A DNA stretch of 64,000 nucleotides from an uncultured Acidobacteriota bacterium. Lineage in GTDB: Bacteria; Acidobacteriota; Thermoanaerobaculia; UBA5066; Gp7-AA6. Under the pieces are notes generated by a model that was given only the letters and a program-made list of their open reading frames with translations, was not told where the DNA came from and searched no databases. The stretch is taken from assembly GCA_963764715.1 (NCBI GenBank), contig CAVXTP010000015.1, positions 128,001-192,000 on the forward strand, written 5' to 3'. Below, piece by piece: positions 15,829 to 24,687 of this stretch. Position 1 is the first letter of the stretch; each line of letters starts with the position of its first letter. Made by a program: the position numbers and the translations under genes.

Positions 15829-17849
15829 TTCCCTTCGATCTGCCGGATCGCGACCTCGGCCGCGTACGACGGCGACCGGTCGATCACCCCGCCGACGTTC
15901 GAGATCTTCCGGGCCGCGATCTGCCGGAGCACCGGGAGCGCCGGCTTCGCCGCCGGGCCGATCGCGCCGAGCGCCTCCGCGCACGCCCGCAGGACGTTCA
16001 CGTTCTCGTCCGCCACACCCGCGGCCGCGACGAGCGCGGGCACCGCAGGCGCCGCCTTCGGGCCGATCGCGGCGAGCGCCTCGGCCGCCGCCATCCGCAC
16101 GACGCGGTCGGAATCCTTCAGCCGCGCCGCGAGGGCGTCGACCGCCGGGGCCGCCGCGGCGCCCATCTTCCCCAGCTCGCGCGCGGCGAGCCCCCGCACG
16201 ACCGGGTCGGGGTCCGAGAGGGCCCGCGTCGCGCCGGCGAGGTCCGTCGGGACCTCCGGCGGCTTCACGGCCGCCGCCTTCGCCCAGCCCTTCGCCCCGA
16301 CCTCGGCGAGGACGATGTTGTCGACGCCGAGCACGTAGCCCGTCGAGGCCGCGTTCCTGCCGATGCAGACGTAGGTCAGCGTGTGCCGCCCCTTCGTCAG
16401 CCGCGGCCAGCCGACCTGGTAGTCCATGCCGACGTAGATCTCGTAGGCGTAGCCGTCGAAGGAGAGCTGCGGCCGGACGTCCGCGCCCGGCTCGTGCTCG
16501 AGGACCGGAGCGACCGGCGGCTTGCCGTCGAGGAGCACGGTGTAGATCCCGTAGTCCGAGCCCTGCGCGACCTGCGTGTAGAGCTCGTAGTCGCCCGACT
16601 CCGGGACCTCGAACGGGATCTCGAGCTTCGAGCCCGGGCCCTCGCCCTTGAAGATGAGGACGTCTTTGGACCAGAAGAGGTCCGGAAAGACCTCGGCCGT
16701 GCCCTTCTCCGTCTTCACCTGTCCGGCCGCCGTCTCGACCTCGAACTGGATGGCGTTGCCCTGCGGGAGCCGCGCCGACCCGTACGGCACGGGCCAGAGC
16801 CCCGTCGCGACGCCGTCCTGGTACCAGTAGGCGACCGACGACATCAGGTCGTCGCGCGTGCCGTAGGGCGACTTGAGCGAGCCATCGTTGTTGAAGGTCC
16901 AGCCCAGGTGCTCGAGGTCGAACCGGAAGGAGGTCTTGAACGGGATCGGGTCCTTGACGTGCCACCGGTATCCCGTCATGCGGGAGCCGAGGCCCGTCCC
17001 GTCGGCGACCGTGACGCCGGTGTACGGCCCGTCGACCACGTGGAGGCCCCAGGCGTCGTTGAAGTAGTCCTCCGAGCCCGTCCCGACGATCGACGGCTCC
17101 TTCTCGCCGTCGACGGTGATGCGCTCGTCGCCCTCGCCGAACCAGCCGGCCTCGGGCTGGATCACGTTGAGCACGGTTCCGGCGTAGAACCCGCGGCCCT
17201 TCACGTCGAGGAACGTGTAGACCTTTTTCTCTGCCGGCGCCGGGAGCTCCTGCTTGTACCGCGCGTGGAAATAGAGGGTGTCGGGCGGAAGGGCCGGGAC
17301 CTTCGACCAGTCGACGTGGTAGTAGACGTGGTCGACTCCGCGCCGGCCCTCGTTCGTCAGCGTGATGCGGCAGGACTTCGCGAACGGCATCGGCCAGTAG
17401 CTGTTGCGGGCCCGCCCGTCGGAGCTCGCGCGGATCATCTCCGACTTGACCCAGCGCTCGAACCCGTGGCCGACGGCGAAGAAGTCGCCGACCGGCGCAT
17501 CGACCGACGGCTCCGCGTTCCCGTCGTAGTAGACCCGCAGGCGCATCAGGCGCGGCCAGGCGTATTCGTTGGCCGCGATCGTCAGCCAGATGTGCGTCAC
17601 GACGCCCGGACCCTTCAGGTCCGCGAGCGTCAGCGTCTCGCCGGGGATGGGGTGTTTGCTGTCGTTGTTGGAGTCGGGGTTCGGGCTCGAGGAGGAGACG
17701 CGCTCGGCCTTCGCATCCTTCATCTGGGCGAAGCGCAGCGCGTCGAGCGGCGGAAGCGGGGCCGTTTGCGCGCGTGCCGGCGCGGGAGCGAGACCGGAAG
17801 CCAGCACCGCGGCGAGGCCCAGCACGGACGTCTGGAGAACGGTCCTCAT
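15825..17849 (-). CDS. Secreted GH172 (DUF2961) glycoside hydrolase with a beta-sandwich domain and C-terminal HEAT repeats
   Basis: GPGVVTHIW, PSVDAPVGDFF, NSYWPMPF, WFGEGDE, GTGSEDYF, YRWH; HEAT units DPVVRGLAARELG and DRVVRMAAAEAL. Confidence 0.88.
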   Translation of the reverse strand: MRTVLQTSVLGLAAVLASGLAPAPARAQTAPLPPLDALRFAQMKDAKAERVSSSSPNPDSNNDSKHPIPGETLTLADLKGPGVVTHIWLTIAANEYAWPRLMRLRVYYDGNAEPSVDAPVGDFFAVGHGFERWVKSEMIRASSDGRARNSYWPMPFAKSCRITLTNEGRRGVDHVYYHVDWSKVPALPPDTLYFHARYKQELPAPAEKKVYTFLDVKGRGFYAGTVLNVIQPEAGWFGEGDERITVDGEKEPSIVGTGSEDYFNDAWGLHVVDGPYTGVTVADGTGLGSRMTGYRWHVKDPIPFKTSFRFDLEHLGWTFNNDGSLKSPYGTRDDLMSSVAYWYQDGVATGLWPVPYGSARLPQGNAIQFEVETAAGQVKTEKGTAEVFPDLFWSKDVLIFKGEGPGSKLEIPFEVPESGDYELYTQVAQGSDYGIYTVLLDGKPPVAPVLEHEPGADVRPQLSFDGYAYEIYVGMDYQVGWPRLTKGRHTLTYVCIGRNAASTGYVLGVDNIVLAEVGAKGWAKAAAVKPPEVPTDLAGATRALSDPDPVVRGLAARELGKMGAAAAPAVDALAARLKDSDRVVRMAAAEALAAIGPKAAPAVPALVAAAGVADENVNVLRACAEALGAIGPAAKPALPVLRQIAARKISNVGGVIDRSPSYAAEVAIRQIEGK

Positions 17850-17895
17850 CGAGTCCCCCCTCTCACCCTTCCGATAGAACCAGCGAAGCGGGGGG

Positions 17896-17901
17896 ATTCT
17901 A
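17896..17901 (-). promoter_or_regulatory. Putative -10 box (TAGAAT) for the sugar operon
   Basis: GCTAGAAT about 47 nt upstream of ATG 17849; no clear -35. Confidence 0.45.
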
Positions 17902-17918
17902 GCGTGGCGGCCGGATCT

Positions 17919-19436
17919 TCACTTTTCGGATTTCGCCCCGCTCTTCGCACCCGAGGCGGCCTCCGCCCTGGTTTCCCCCGCAACCGTCCCGCGCGCCTTC
18001 GCGAACCACTGTTTCGCGAGCAAGGGGCGGACGGCGGCCCTCCCGTCGTGGAGCTCCACCCCGACGGTCAGGATGCCGGTCTCGATCAGGAAGGCCCCGT
18101 TGGAGTGCTCGCCGCGCCGGTCGTACTCCCCGTCGATCTGGAAGTCGCCGCCCTCGGCGTGGAGGTTGCGCACGGCCGTCCGTGGCTCCGAGAAGACGAC
18201 GTCCGAAGTCGCCTTGAGTCCATCGAGGTTGATCAGGCCCTGCGTCCACTTCGGGAGCGACTCGCCCAGGAAGGCGACGAGCGGCCGACCGTCCTTGCAC
18301 TCGGCCGCCACCTTCCCGGTCAGGCCGTTCTTCAGCCGGCCCGAAGGGATCTCGAAGTTGCCCCACCAGCCATGCGAGCGGTCGGTGGCGCCGGCGACGA
18401 ACACCTCGGTGAACTTGACCGAGCTGCCTCCGATGTTCGGGCCGCCTCCATCGAGCGTCCAGCCCGCGAACCTCGTCTTCGCCTCGGCGTTGCCCTCGAG
18501 GACGAGGCCGGGCCGCGCGTACTTGCCCTTCTTCGCGGTCAACTCGACCGATCCCGAGGCCACGCCCTTCTCGATCCCGCCCGCCAGCGCGAGGCGTCCG
18601 GGCCCTCCCGAAACGTGAACCCCCCGACCCAGTTGCAGCAGGCCCTCGAGAAAATCGACGCTCTCCGTCGGCCCCGAGAGCTCCGCCTTCGCGGTGACGA
18701 CCGCCCAGACCTTGTCCGCCACGAGCTCCTGCACGTCCCAGTCGGCGAAGGTCGCCTCGAGCTTCCCGTGCGTCTCGGTCATGACGGGGTTCGGCCCGAG
18801 CGCGAACTCGCCCCCCGAGAACACGACCGAGGCGGGACCGATCTGCGCGCGGTGGCCGGGCTTCAGGCGGAAGCGCCCCTTCAATGCCGCATTGCCGCGG
18901 TGGCGCATGGCGTCCACCCAGATGTCGTCGAACGCGTCGGTCGCAACGTCGAGGACCTCGACCGTCCATGGATTCGGTTGGGGCGGGCCGAGCTTCGCGT
19001 CCGGATCGCGCAAAGGCGGGTCCGGGAATCCCGGGATCTCCGGCAGGTTCCTGAGCCGCTCGGGCGTCGCCTGCGCCGCGAGCACCTTCTGCCGCAGGCG
19101 GAACTGGATCGACGTGGGGCGCAGGGCGGTCACCCGGAACGTGCGCCGCAGGAGCGCGCCCACTTCGTAGGAGACCGTCGTCTCCGGGATCGTCACGATC
19201 CACTGCACGTTGGGATCGCTGCCCCGGATCCGGAGGTTTTTCAGCCAGACGGAGCCGGGCCAGGTCGACACGGCCTCGTCCCAGTCGATGAAGATCTCCT
19301 CGGGCTTCTTGTTGATCTCGGCGCGCAGCACCGGCCCCGAGAGGAGCTTCTTCGCCGCGATCCGGTAGGCCCCGAGGAACAGCAGCGGAAGGGCGGCGAC
19401 GACGAGCGCCGCGATGAGAAGGCCTTTTCTCCTCAC
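17919..19436 (-). CDS. Hypothetical membrane-anchored beta-rich protein
   Basis: N-terminal anchor, natural amino-acid composition, alternating hydrophobic pattern. Confidence 0.8.
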   Translation of the reverse strand: MRRKGLLIAALVVAALPLLFLGAYRIAAKKLLSGPVLRAEINKKPEEIFIDWDEAVSTWPGSVWLKNLRIRGSDPNVQWIVTIPETTVSYEVGALLRRTFRVTALRPTSIQFRLRQKVLAAQATPERLRNLPEIPGFPDPPLRDPDAKLGPPQPNPWTVEVLDVATDAFDDIWVDAMRHRGNAALKGRFRLKPGHRAQIGPASVVFSGGEFALGPNPVMTETHGKLEATFADWDVQELVADKVWAVVTAKAELSGPTESVDFLEGLLQLGRGVHVSGGPGRLALAGGIEKGVASGSVELTAKKGKYARPGLVLEGNAEAKTRFAGWTLDGGGPNIGGSSVKFTEVFVAGATDRSHGWWGNFEIPSGRLKNGLTGKVAAECKDGRPLVAFLGESLPKWTQGLINLDGLKATSDVVFSEPRTAVRNLHAEGGDFQIDGEYDRRGEHSNGAFLIETGILTVGVELHDGRAAVRPLLAKQWFAKARGTVAGETRAEAASGAKSGAKSEK

Positions 19437-19446
19437 TTCGCGTCCT

Positions 19447-19878
19447 TCACCGCCGCTCGTTCCCGTTGTCCATGTCGGACGCGATGAGCCACGTTCCCGA
19501 GGCGTCCTTCTTCAGCGTCAGCGTGAACTTGCCGACGTCCGGCTCGCCCGCCCTCCGCGCGAAGCCGCCGATGATGTATCCGATCCGGCCTTCCGTCGCG
19601 AACGCCAGCGCCCGCAGCACGAGCGGCCCGCCGGCGCCCGCGTAGGCCTTCTCGATTGCCGGGCGCCCGCGCACCGGAGGCGCGCCGCTCGCCAGGACGA
19701 AGCCGTCCTCGGCGAAGAGCCGCGCCAGCCCGGCGGCGTCCTTCGCGCGCCACGCCGTCTCGTAATCCGTCAGGACGCGCGCGAGCTCCAGCGGCAGGCT
19801 GGTGCTCGGAAGCGGCGCGGGCCCTCCGGTCGGCGCGGCCTGGGCCGCGAAGAGAAATGCGAGGACCGCGGCGAGCAT
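19447..19878 (-). CDS. Secreted DUF4440/NTF2-like protein
   Basis: Signal peptide; DAAGLARLFAEDG, GRPAI, GTWLIASD. Confidence 0.8.
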   Translation of the reverse strand: MLAAVLAFLFAAQAAPTGGPAPLPSTSLPLELARVLTDYETAWRAKDAAGLARLFAEDGFVLASGAPPVRGRPAIEKAYAGAGGPLVLRALAFATEGRIGYIIGGFARRAGEPDVGKFTLTLKKDASGTWLIASDMDNGNERR

Positions 19879-20360
19879 CAGGCCTCCTCCCGGCCGGGCC
19901 GGACTTCGAACACCGCCTCGACCTCCACGGCGACGTCGTAGGGCAGCGCGGCGACCCCCACGGCCATGCGGGTATGGCGGCCGGCGTCCCCGAAGACGTC
20001 CACGAAGACGTCCGACGCGCCGTTGACGACCTGCGAATGCGCCGTGAAGTCCGGCGCCGAGTTGACGAAGCCCGCGACCCGCACCCAGCGCCCGATGCGG
20101 TCGAGATCGCCCCCGCACGCGTCCTTCGCGTGCGCGACGAGGTTCAGGGCGCACAGGCGCGCGGCCTCGCGGCCCTCCTCGACCGAGAATTCCCGGCCGA
20201 GCTTGCCGATGAAGCGCCGCTCCCCGTTCCACTGCGAGAGCTGCCCCGTCAGGTAGACGAGCGCTCCCGTCCGGACCCACGGCACGTAGTTCGCCCCGGG
20301 CTTGCTCGGCTGCGGGAGCTCGATGCCGAGCTCGCGGAGGCGTTCGTCGACGCGTCCCAT
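19878..20360 (-). CDS. RidA/YjgF family protein
   Basis: ANYVP, GFVNS, NGASD, GRHTRMAVGV, VEVE. Confidence 0.92.
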   Translation of the reverse strand: MGRVDERLRELGIELPQPSKPGANYVPWVRTGALVYLTGQLSQWNGERRFIGKLGREFSVEEGREAARLCALNLVAHAKDACGGDLDRIGRWVRVAGFVNSAPDFTAHSQVVNGASDVFVDVFGDAGRHTRMAVGVAALPYDVAVEVEAVFEVRPGREEA

Positions 20361-20362
20361 CG

Positions 20363-20431
20363 CTATTTCCCCCGGGACCCGGCGGACGCCGGAACGTTCG
20401 CTTCCGTCTTCTTCGTCTTCAGCTCCGCCAT
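20363..20431 (-). pseudogene. 22-aa remnant resembling the N-terminus of a DUF1801 protein
   Basis: RBS GGGAGAG followed by MAELKTKKTEANV...; TAG stop 2 nt before the RidA ATG. Confidence 0.5.
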
Positions 20432-20447
20432 CGGCGCTCTCCCGGCC

Positions 20448-20870
20448 TCACGGCCTCGCTACCGCGATTCGACGGACGAGGTTTTTCTCCGGCAGGTCCA
20501 CCAGCGTTCCATCCATGGAGCTCCCGTGCACGACATATTTCCAGAGGCCGTGATTGTTCCGAACGCGAAACTCGCCGAGCCAGGCGCCTTCGCCCGCGTC
20601 CCAGACGAAGTCCTGCTCGTACATCGTGACCCGCTGCCCGTCGACGATCTTGTCGGCTTGCAGCGAGACCGCGTCGGGAGCGCCGGGTTTCTCGCGGAAC
20701 TCGTAGACGACGACCTCGTCCTTGCAAGCCGGGTGCCGCGAACGGTCGACACAGGTCGAGGTGCCTTTCCAGGTGCCGAGGATCTCGTCCCTTCTCGCCG
20801 GCGCGGCCGGCGAGCGCTGCGAGAGCGCCAGTGCGAGCGCGGCCGCCGCCGCGGTTCTAAGGGCCTTCAT
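20448..20870 (-). CDS. Hypothetical secreted beta-barrel-like protein
   Basis: Signal peptide, ILGTWKG, one Cys pair; ATGA overlap. Confidence 0.75.
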   Translation of the reverse strand: MKALRTAAAAALALALSQRSPAAPARRDEILGTWKGTSTCVDRSRHPACKDEVVVYEFREKPGAPDAVSLQADKIVDGQRVTMYEQDFVWDAGEGAWLGEFRVRNNHGLWKYVVHGSSMDGTLVDLPEKNLVRRIAVARP

Positions 20871-21664
20871 GCGCCGCCCTCCGGTTTGAATTCCGTGATC
20901 TGGCCGAACTTCTGGAAGCCGATTCTCTCGTAAACGCCGAGGCCGTCGGCGGAGGCCTGGAGCACCGCCCTCGCCATCCCTTCCGCCCGCGCCTCGAGAA
21001 GCGGGTGCGCCGTCATGGCCGATCCGTAGCCGCGACGGCGGTGCGCCGCGAGCGTCGAGATGCCGTAGAGGCCGGCGACGCCGCCCGCGACCGTCAGCTC
21101 GCAGGTCGCGACGGCCTCCCCGCCGGCGTACCCCACGTACATCCGCAGCGGGCTCTCCGGCGCGAGGAGCACGGGGATCGCGAGCTCGTAGAAGCGGACG
21201 ACGAGGCGATCGGGCGGGTCCCAGTTGGCCGCGTTGATGCGCGCGTATCGGGCGAGCTCCTCCGGCGTGCGGACGCGGCGGACGTCGAGGCCGCCCGGCG
21301 CCGTGTCGACGGGACGCAGCCGGGACAGGTCGGCCGCCATCGCGACCTCGGACTCGGCGGCCGCGAGGCCCTCGGCGGAGAGCATCGCGCCGAGGTTGCC
21401 GGGCTCGTCGGCCGACCCCACCCACCAGGAGAACGGCCGCCCGCCGAACCAGGCGATCGCCTCGCGAATGCGCGACGCGGCCGCCGCCGGTGAGAGCCGG
21501 GCGCGGCAGGCGGCGTTGAACGTGTCGCACGGCATCCCGCACTCGGTCAGGACCAGGTCCTCGCCGACGACCGTGCGCATCCCCGGGGTGCGCGCCTGGA
21601 CCCACGTGAAATGCGCCGCCAGGTTTTCGTCGGCCGCCGCGGCGAGACCGGCGTTCGCTCCCAT
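20867..21664 (-). CDS. GNAT N-acetyltransferase
   Basis: HRRRGYGSAM and LQASADGLGVYERIGF. Confidence 0.9.
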   Translation of the reverse strand: MGANAGLAAAADENLAAHFTWVQARTPGMRTVVGEDLVLTECGMPCDTFNAACRARLSPAAAASRIREAIAWFGGRPFSWWVGSADEPGNLGAMLSAEGLAAAESEVAMAADLSRLRPVDTAPGGLDVRRVRTPEELARYARINAANWDPPDRLVVRFYELAIPVLLAPESPLRMYVGYAGGEAVATCELTVAGGVAGLYGISTLAAHRRRGYGSAMTAHPLLEARAEGMARAVLQASADGLGVYERIGFQKFGQITEFKPEGGA

Positions 21665-21678
21665 GGCGGATGCCGCGC

Positions 21679-21981
21679 CTACCCGGGAAGCTTCGCCGCG
21701 AGGACGTCGACTTTCTCGATCGACGGCGGCTTCGCCAGGAGCTCGCCGGCCTTCGCCCGGAGCGCGTCGGCCACTCTTCCGGTCATGTGCGCCTGCCGCC
21801 CGGCCTCGCCGGGGAAGGCGTCGAAGATGCCGAAGGTCGACGGACCCATCCGGATCGCGAACCAGGCCGTCGTCTCCGGCTCGTCGTCGACGACCGGGAG
21901 CGCTCCCTTCAGGAAGCTTTCGACCTCCGCCTCCTTTCCGGGTTTCGCTTCGAGACGCAGGAGCAACGCCACGCTCACCAT
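21679..21981 (-). CDS. Antibiotic biosynthesis monooxygenase (ABM) family
   Basis: LEAKPGKE, EPET, FGIFDAF; GGAGG RBS before ATG 21981. Confidence 0.88.
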   Translation of the reverse strand: MVSVALLLRLEAKPGKEAEVESFLKGALPVVDDEPETTAWFAIRMGPSTFGIFDAFPGEAGRQAHMTGRVADALRAKAGELLAKPPSIEKVDVLAAKLPG

Positions 21982-22032
21982 GAGGACCTCCCTGAGGATC
22001 CGAACTCTATGCAAACCCGGGCGCGGCCGCCG

Positions 22033-22983
22033 TCACCGGAACAACGGCGCGCACGCCAGGGCCATCTGCTCGACGTGCCGCTCGTCGGTGCCGCAGCAGC
22101 CGCCCAGCACGTTGATCCGCGGGAGCCTCCGCTTGAGCCGGGCATGGTCCGCGCCCAGGCCGGCCGGGTCGCCGACGTCGAGCTCGGAGGACTCGTTGAG
22201 CTCGGCGTGGCTCTTGATCGAGGCATTGGCGCGCAGGCCCCGGATCCGGCCGGTCCACGGCTCCCCCGGCTCGAGCGCGCCCTCGAAGTGCGCGGGGTGC
22301 GCGCAGTTGATCATGTAGTAGGCGGGCGAGGAGCCGGTCGCCGCGTCCGTCCCCTCGATCGCGTCCCGGAGCGACTGCCCGGTCGGCAGGCGTCCGTCGG
22401 TCTCGACGGTGAAGGAGATGACCGCCGGCATTCCCGCCTTTCGGGCCGCCCGGGCCACGCCGATCGCTTCCTCGACGTAGTTCATGGTGATCGCGGTGAC
22501 CATGTCCGCCGCCGTGCCGGCGAACGTCCCGATCTGCTCGGCGTGATAGCTCTCGGCCTCCGCGTCGGTCATCGTCCGGCCGGGCACGTATCCGTCGCCC
22601 CGCGGCCCCACGCATCCGCTGATCACGGCCGGCGTCGTCCCGTCGTCGATCCCGTTCCGGATGTCCTCCAGGAGGCGGATCGCCTTCCGGTTGGCCTCCG
22701 CGAGCGCCTCGCGGGTGTAGCCGAGGCGCGCTCCCCAGTCCGGGTTGGAGCGCCAGGTCGCGCTCTCGAGAATCACGCCGGCCCCGAGGCGGCGCGCGAG
22801 CGCGGCGTAGCCCTCGAAGTAGCGGCGGAGCGCCGCCTCGCCCGCGGCGCTCTTCAGGAGGTCGAACGCCGCGAAGAGCGGAAGGTCGAGGCCCTCGCGA
22901 AAGATGAGCGTCGTTTCGATGCCGCCGTCGGTCAGGAAGAGGCGGCCGTCGAGCTGCGGCAGGGAATTTCGATACCGGGCCAT
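22033..22983 (-). CDS. Homocysteine S-methyltransferase family protein
   Basis: LTDGGIET, INCAHP, GGCCGT zinc ligands. Confidence 0.92.
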   Translation of the reverse strand: MARYRNSLPQLDGRLFLTDGGIETTLIFREGLDLPLFAAFDLLKSAAGEAALRRYFEGYAALARRLGAGVILESATWRSNPDWGARLGYTREALAEANRKAIRLLEDIRNGIDDGTTPAVISGCVGPRGDGYVPGRTMTDAEAESYHAEQIGTFAGTAADMVTAITMNYVEEAIGVARAARKAGMPAVISFTVETDGRLPTGQSLRDAIEGTDAATGSSPAYYMINCAHPAHFEGALEPGEPWTGRIRGLRANASIKSHAELNESSELDVGDPAGLGADHARLKRRLPRINVLGGCCGTDERHVEQMALACAPLFR

Positions 22984-23020
22984 GCGTCGCCTCCGTCCCC
23001 TCCGGGGCCGTCGGAACGGA

Positions 23021-23536
23021 TTATTTCGCGGCCGGCTCGGACGTCAACGCCTGGAGCGGCAAGGGCCGGCTCGACCGGGCGTCCCCGGTCACCGCCCGGC
23101 GCACGTAGCCCGCCTGGCCCAGGTGAAACGCCGCGTGCGAGCAGAGGTGCATCAGGAAGCGGTCCATGGGCAGCCGCAGGCCGTCGACCGGCTGGGGGAA
23201 CGGGCCCTCGAAGCGCTCGGGCGGCAGGCCCCGAAGGACCGAGTCGACGATCCGCGAGGCCTCGCGGAGCTCCGCGAGGATGTCGCCGCGCGGGCCGGAG
23301 CGTCGGCCGAACTCGAGCTCGCGGTTTCGGACGTAGCCGGTCGCCCCGAGCACGGCCCCCACGAAGTGCTGGAGATTCCCGGCGACATGAAGCGCGAGGT
23401 TGCCGGCCGCGTTCGGGAGCCCCGGCGCCGTCTTCCACACGCTCTCGTCGTCCGGAAAGAGTCCGAGCTCGCGCTCGAAGCCGGCGAGCTCGCGCTGGAG
23501 CAGGATCGCGAGGTTGCCGCCGAAGTCGATCGTCAC
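23021..23536 (-). CDS. DinB family protein
   Basis: NAAGNLALHVAGN, RNRELEF, HAAFHLGQ. Confidence 0.88.
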   Translation of the reverse strand: MTIDFGGNLAILLQRELAGFERELGLFPDDESVWKTAPGLPNAAGNLALHVAGNLQHFVGAVLGATGYVRNRELEFGRRSGPRGDILAELREASRIVDSVLRGLPPERFEGPFPQPVDGLRLPMDRFLMHLCSHAAFHLGQAGYVRRAVTGDARSSRPLPLQALTSEPAAK

Positions 23537-23559
23537 GGTCCGAGATCCTAACGCCGCGC

Positions 23560-23587
23560 GAGGCGCGCCCTCGCGAGGGCGCGCCTC
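23560..23587. repeat. Perfect 28-bp palindrome in an intergenic region
   Basis: GAGGCGCGCCCTCG|CGAGGGCGCGCCTC. Confidence 0.85.
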
Positions 23588-23635
23588 TCCGGCACAGCGG
23601 GACGTTCTGGCACTTCCCGGGGCGCGATCGGGGAC

Positions 23636-24055
23636 TCAGGCCCTCGCGGGCTGCGACCGGTAGACGAACGCGGCGACCGCGCCGACGACCACGACCAGGA
23701 TGCCGTCGAAGACGATCTGCTTGGCCACGAGCGCGCCCGGCATCGGCTGCACCACGTAATAGATGAGGTACGTCGGAACGACCCCCAGCAACGCGACGGC
23801 GATCCCGAATCGAATCCCCTGCGCCATCCACGGCTTCGGCTCGATGCCTCGGGCATAGATCCAGACGAACGCGCCCGCCATGATCACGTGCGCCAGCAGC
23901 ATCAGCGGGAAGTACTGCTGCGAATCGGCCTCCGTCCGCATCAGGTTCGGCAGCTTTCCGTAGTCGTCGTGCAGGAGCACGCCGTGCACGAGGAAGCTGC
24001 CGGCCATCCACACTACGAACACAGCGACCCACCCCAGGAAGAACTTGCCCTTCAT
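23636..24055 (-). CDS. Hypothetical 4-TM membrane protein
   Basis: Four hydrophobic segments; GAGGAGG RBS before ATG 24055. Confidence 0.8.
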   Translation of the reverse strand: MKGKFFLGWVAVFVVWMAGSFLVHGVLLHDDYGKLPNLMRTEADSQQYFPLMLLAHVIMAGAFVWIYARGIEPKPWMAQGIRFGIAVALLGVVPTYLIYYVVQPMPGALVAKQIVFDGILVVVVGAVAAFVYRSQPARA

Positions 24056-24107
24056 GAGCCCTCCTCGCTGAGTTTCGCCGGAGCGGCCGTCGTGGCCGCC
24101 ACGCTCT

Positions 24108-24575
24108 TTACTTCTTCGGGTCGTCCCCGCCGGCCCAGGCGATGAACTGCCAGCGGCCGCCGTCCTTGATGAAGACGTCCGTCCACCGGCCCGTCGAAGC
24201 TTCGCGGTCCTTCTTGTAGTTCTCGCGCACGACCATGTAGGTGTACTGCGCAACGGCGACGTTGCCGGTGACCGTGATGGAGATCGGAAAGATCTCCTGC
24301 TCCAGGATCGTCGAGCTGGCGTCGCTGAAGCGGGCCCACCGCGTCAGGCTGGCCTTGTTCTGCGGCGCCGGGCGGCCGACTTCCCACGCGCTGATGTTGG
24401 CGTGGACGAGCTTGTCGATCCAGGTGAGGTCCTTGTCCTTGCTCATCTTCCACTGCTGCTCCTCGACACGCCAGATCTCCTGCTGGTCCGCGCTCCAGGT
24501 CTGGGCCGAGGCCACGCCTGCGATGGCGACGAGGGAAAGGATGAGAAGACCCGTGGAAAAACGCCGGGTGGGCAT
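24108..24575 (-). CDS. Secreted DUF4440/NTF2-like protein
   Basis: Signal peptide; GNVAVA and GRWTDVFIKDGGRWQ; AGGAGG RBS. Confidence 0.85.
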   Translation of the reverse strand: MPTRRFSTGLLILSLVAIAGVASAQTWSADQQEIWRVEEQQWKMSKDKDLTWIDKLVHANISAWEVGRPAPQNKASLTRWARFSDASSTILEQEIFPISITVTGNVAVAQYTYMVVRENYKKDREASTGRWTDVFIKDGGRWQFIAWAGGDDPKK

Positions 24576-24687
24576 GACGCACCTCCTGCGGCCGCGATCG
24601 GACGCACGAACGAGAGCGGCGTCGGGGAGACGCCGAAGTGGACGAAGTCTGTCACAGCCCGCGACGGCCCGCACCGGCCGGAGGGCC

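Noticed and set aside
6254-17849. Classical L-arabinose (araBAD) operon
   Set aside because: The isomerase has FucI-type motifs rather than AraA, and araD is absent from the window. Not fully excluded, since those genes could lie elsewhere.
17908-17930. GGATCTTCACTTTTCGG, similar to the GGTCTTCATTTTTCGG element arm
   Set aside because: The match is short with mismatches, lacks the GGGGTCAG end and has no partner arm.
16383-19487. 1034-aa + strand ORF and similar long ORFs (4162-6291, 7602-9863, 13307-15430, 21670-23766, 26320-28842)
   Set aside because: They are antisense shadows of well-supported minus-strand genes, Arg/Pro/Ala-rich and without motifs, as expected at high GC.
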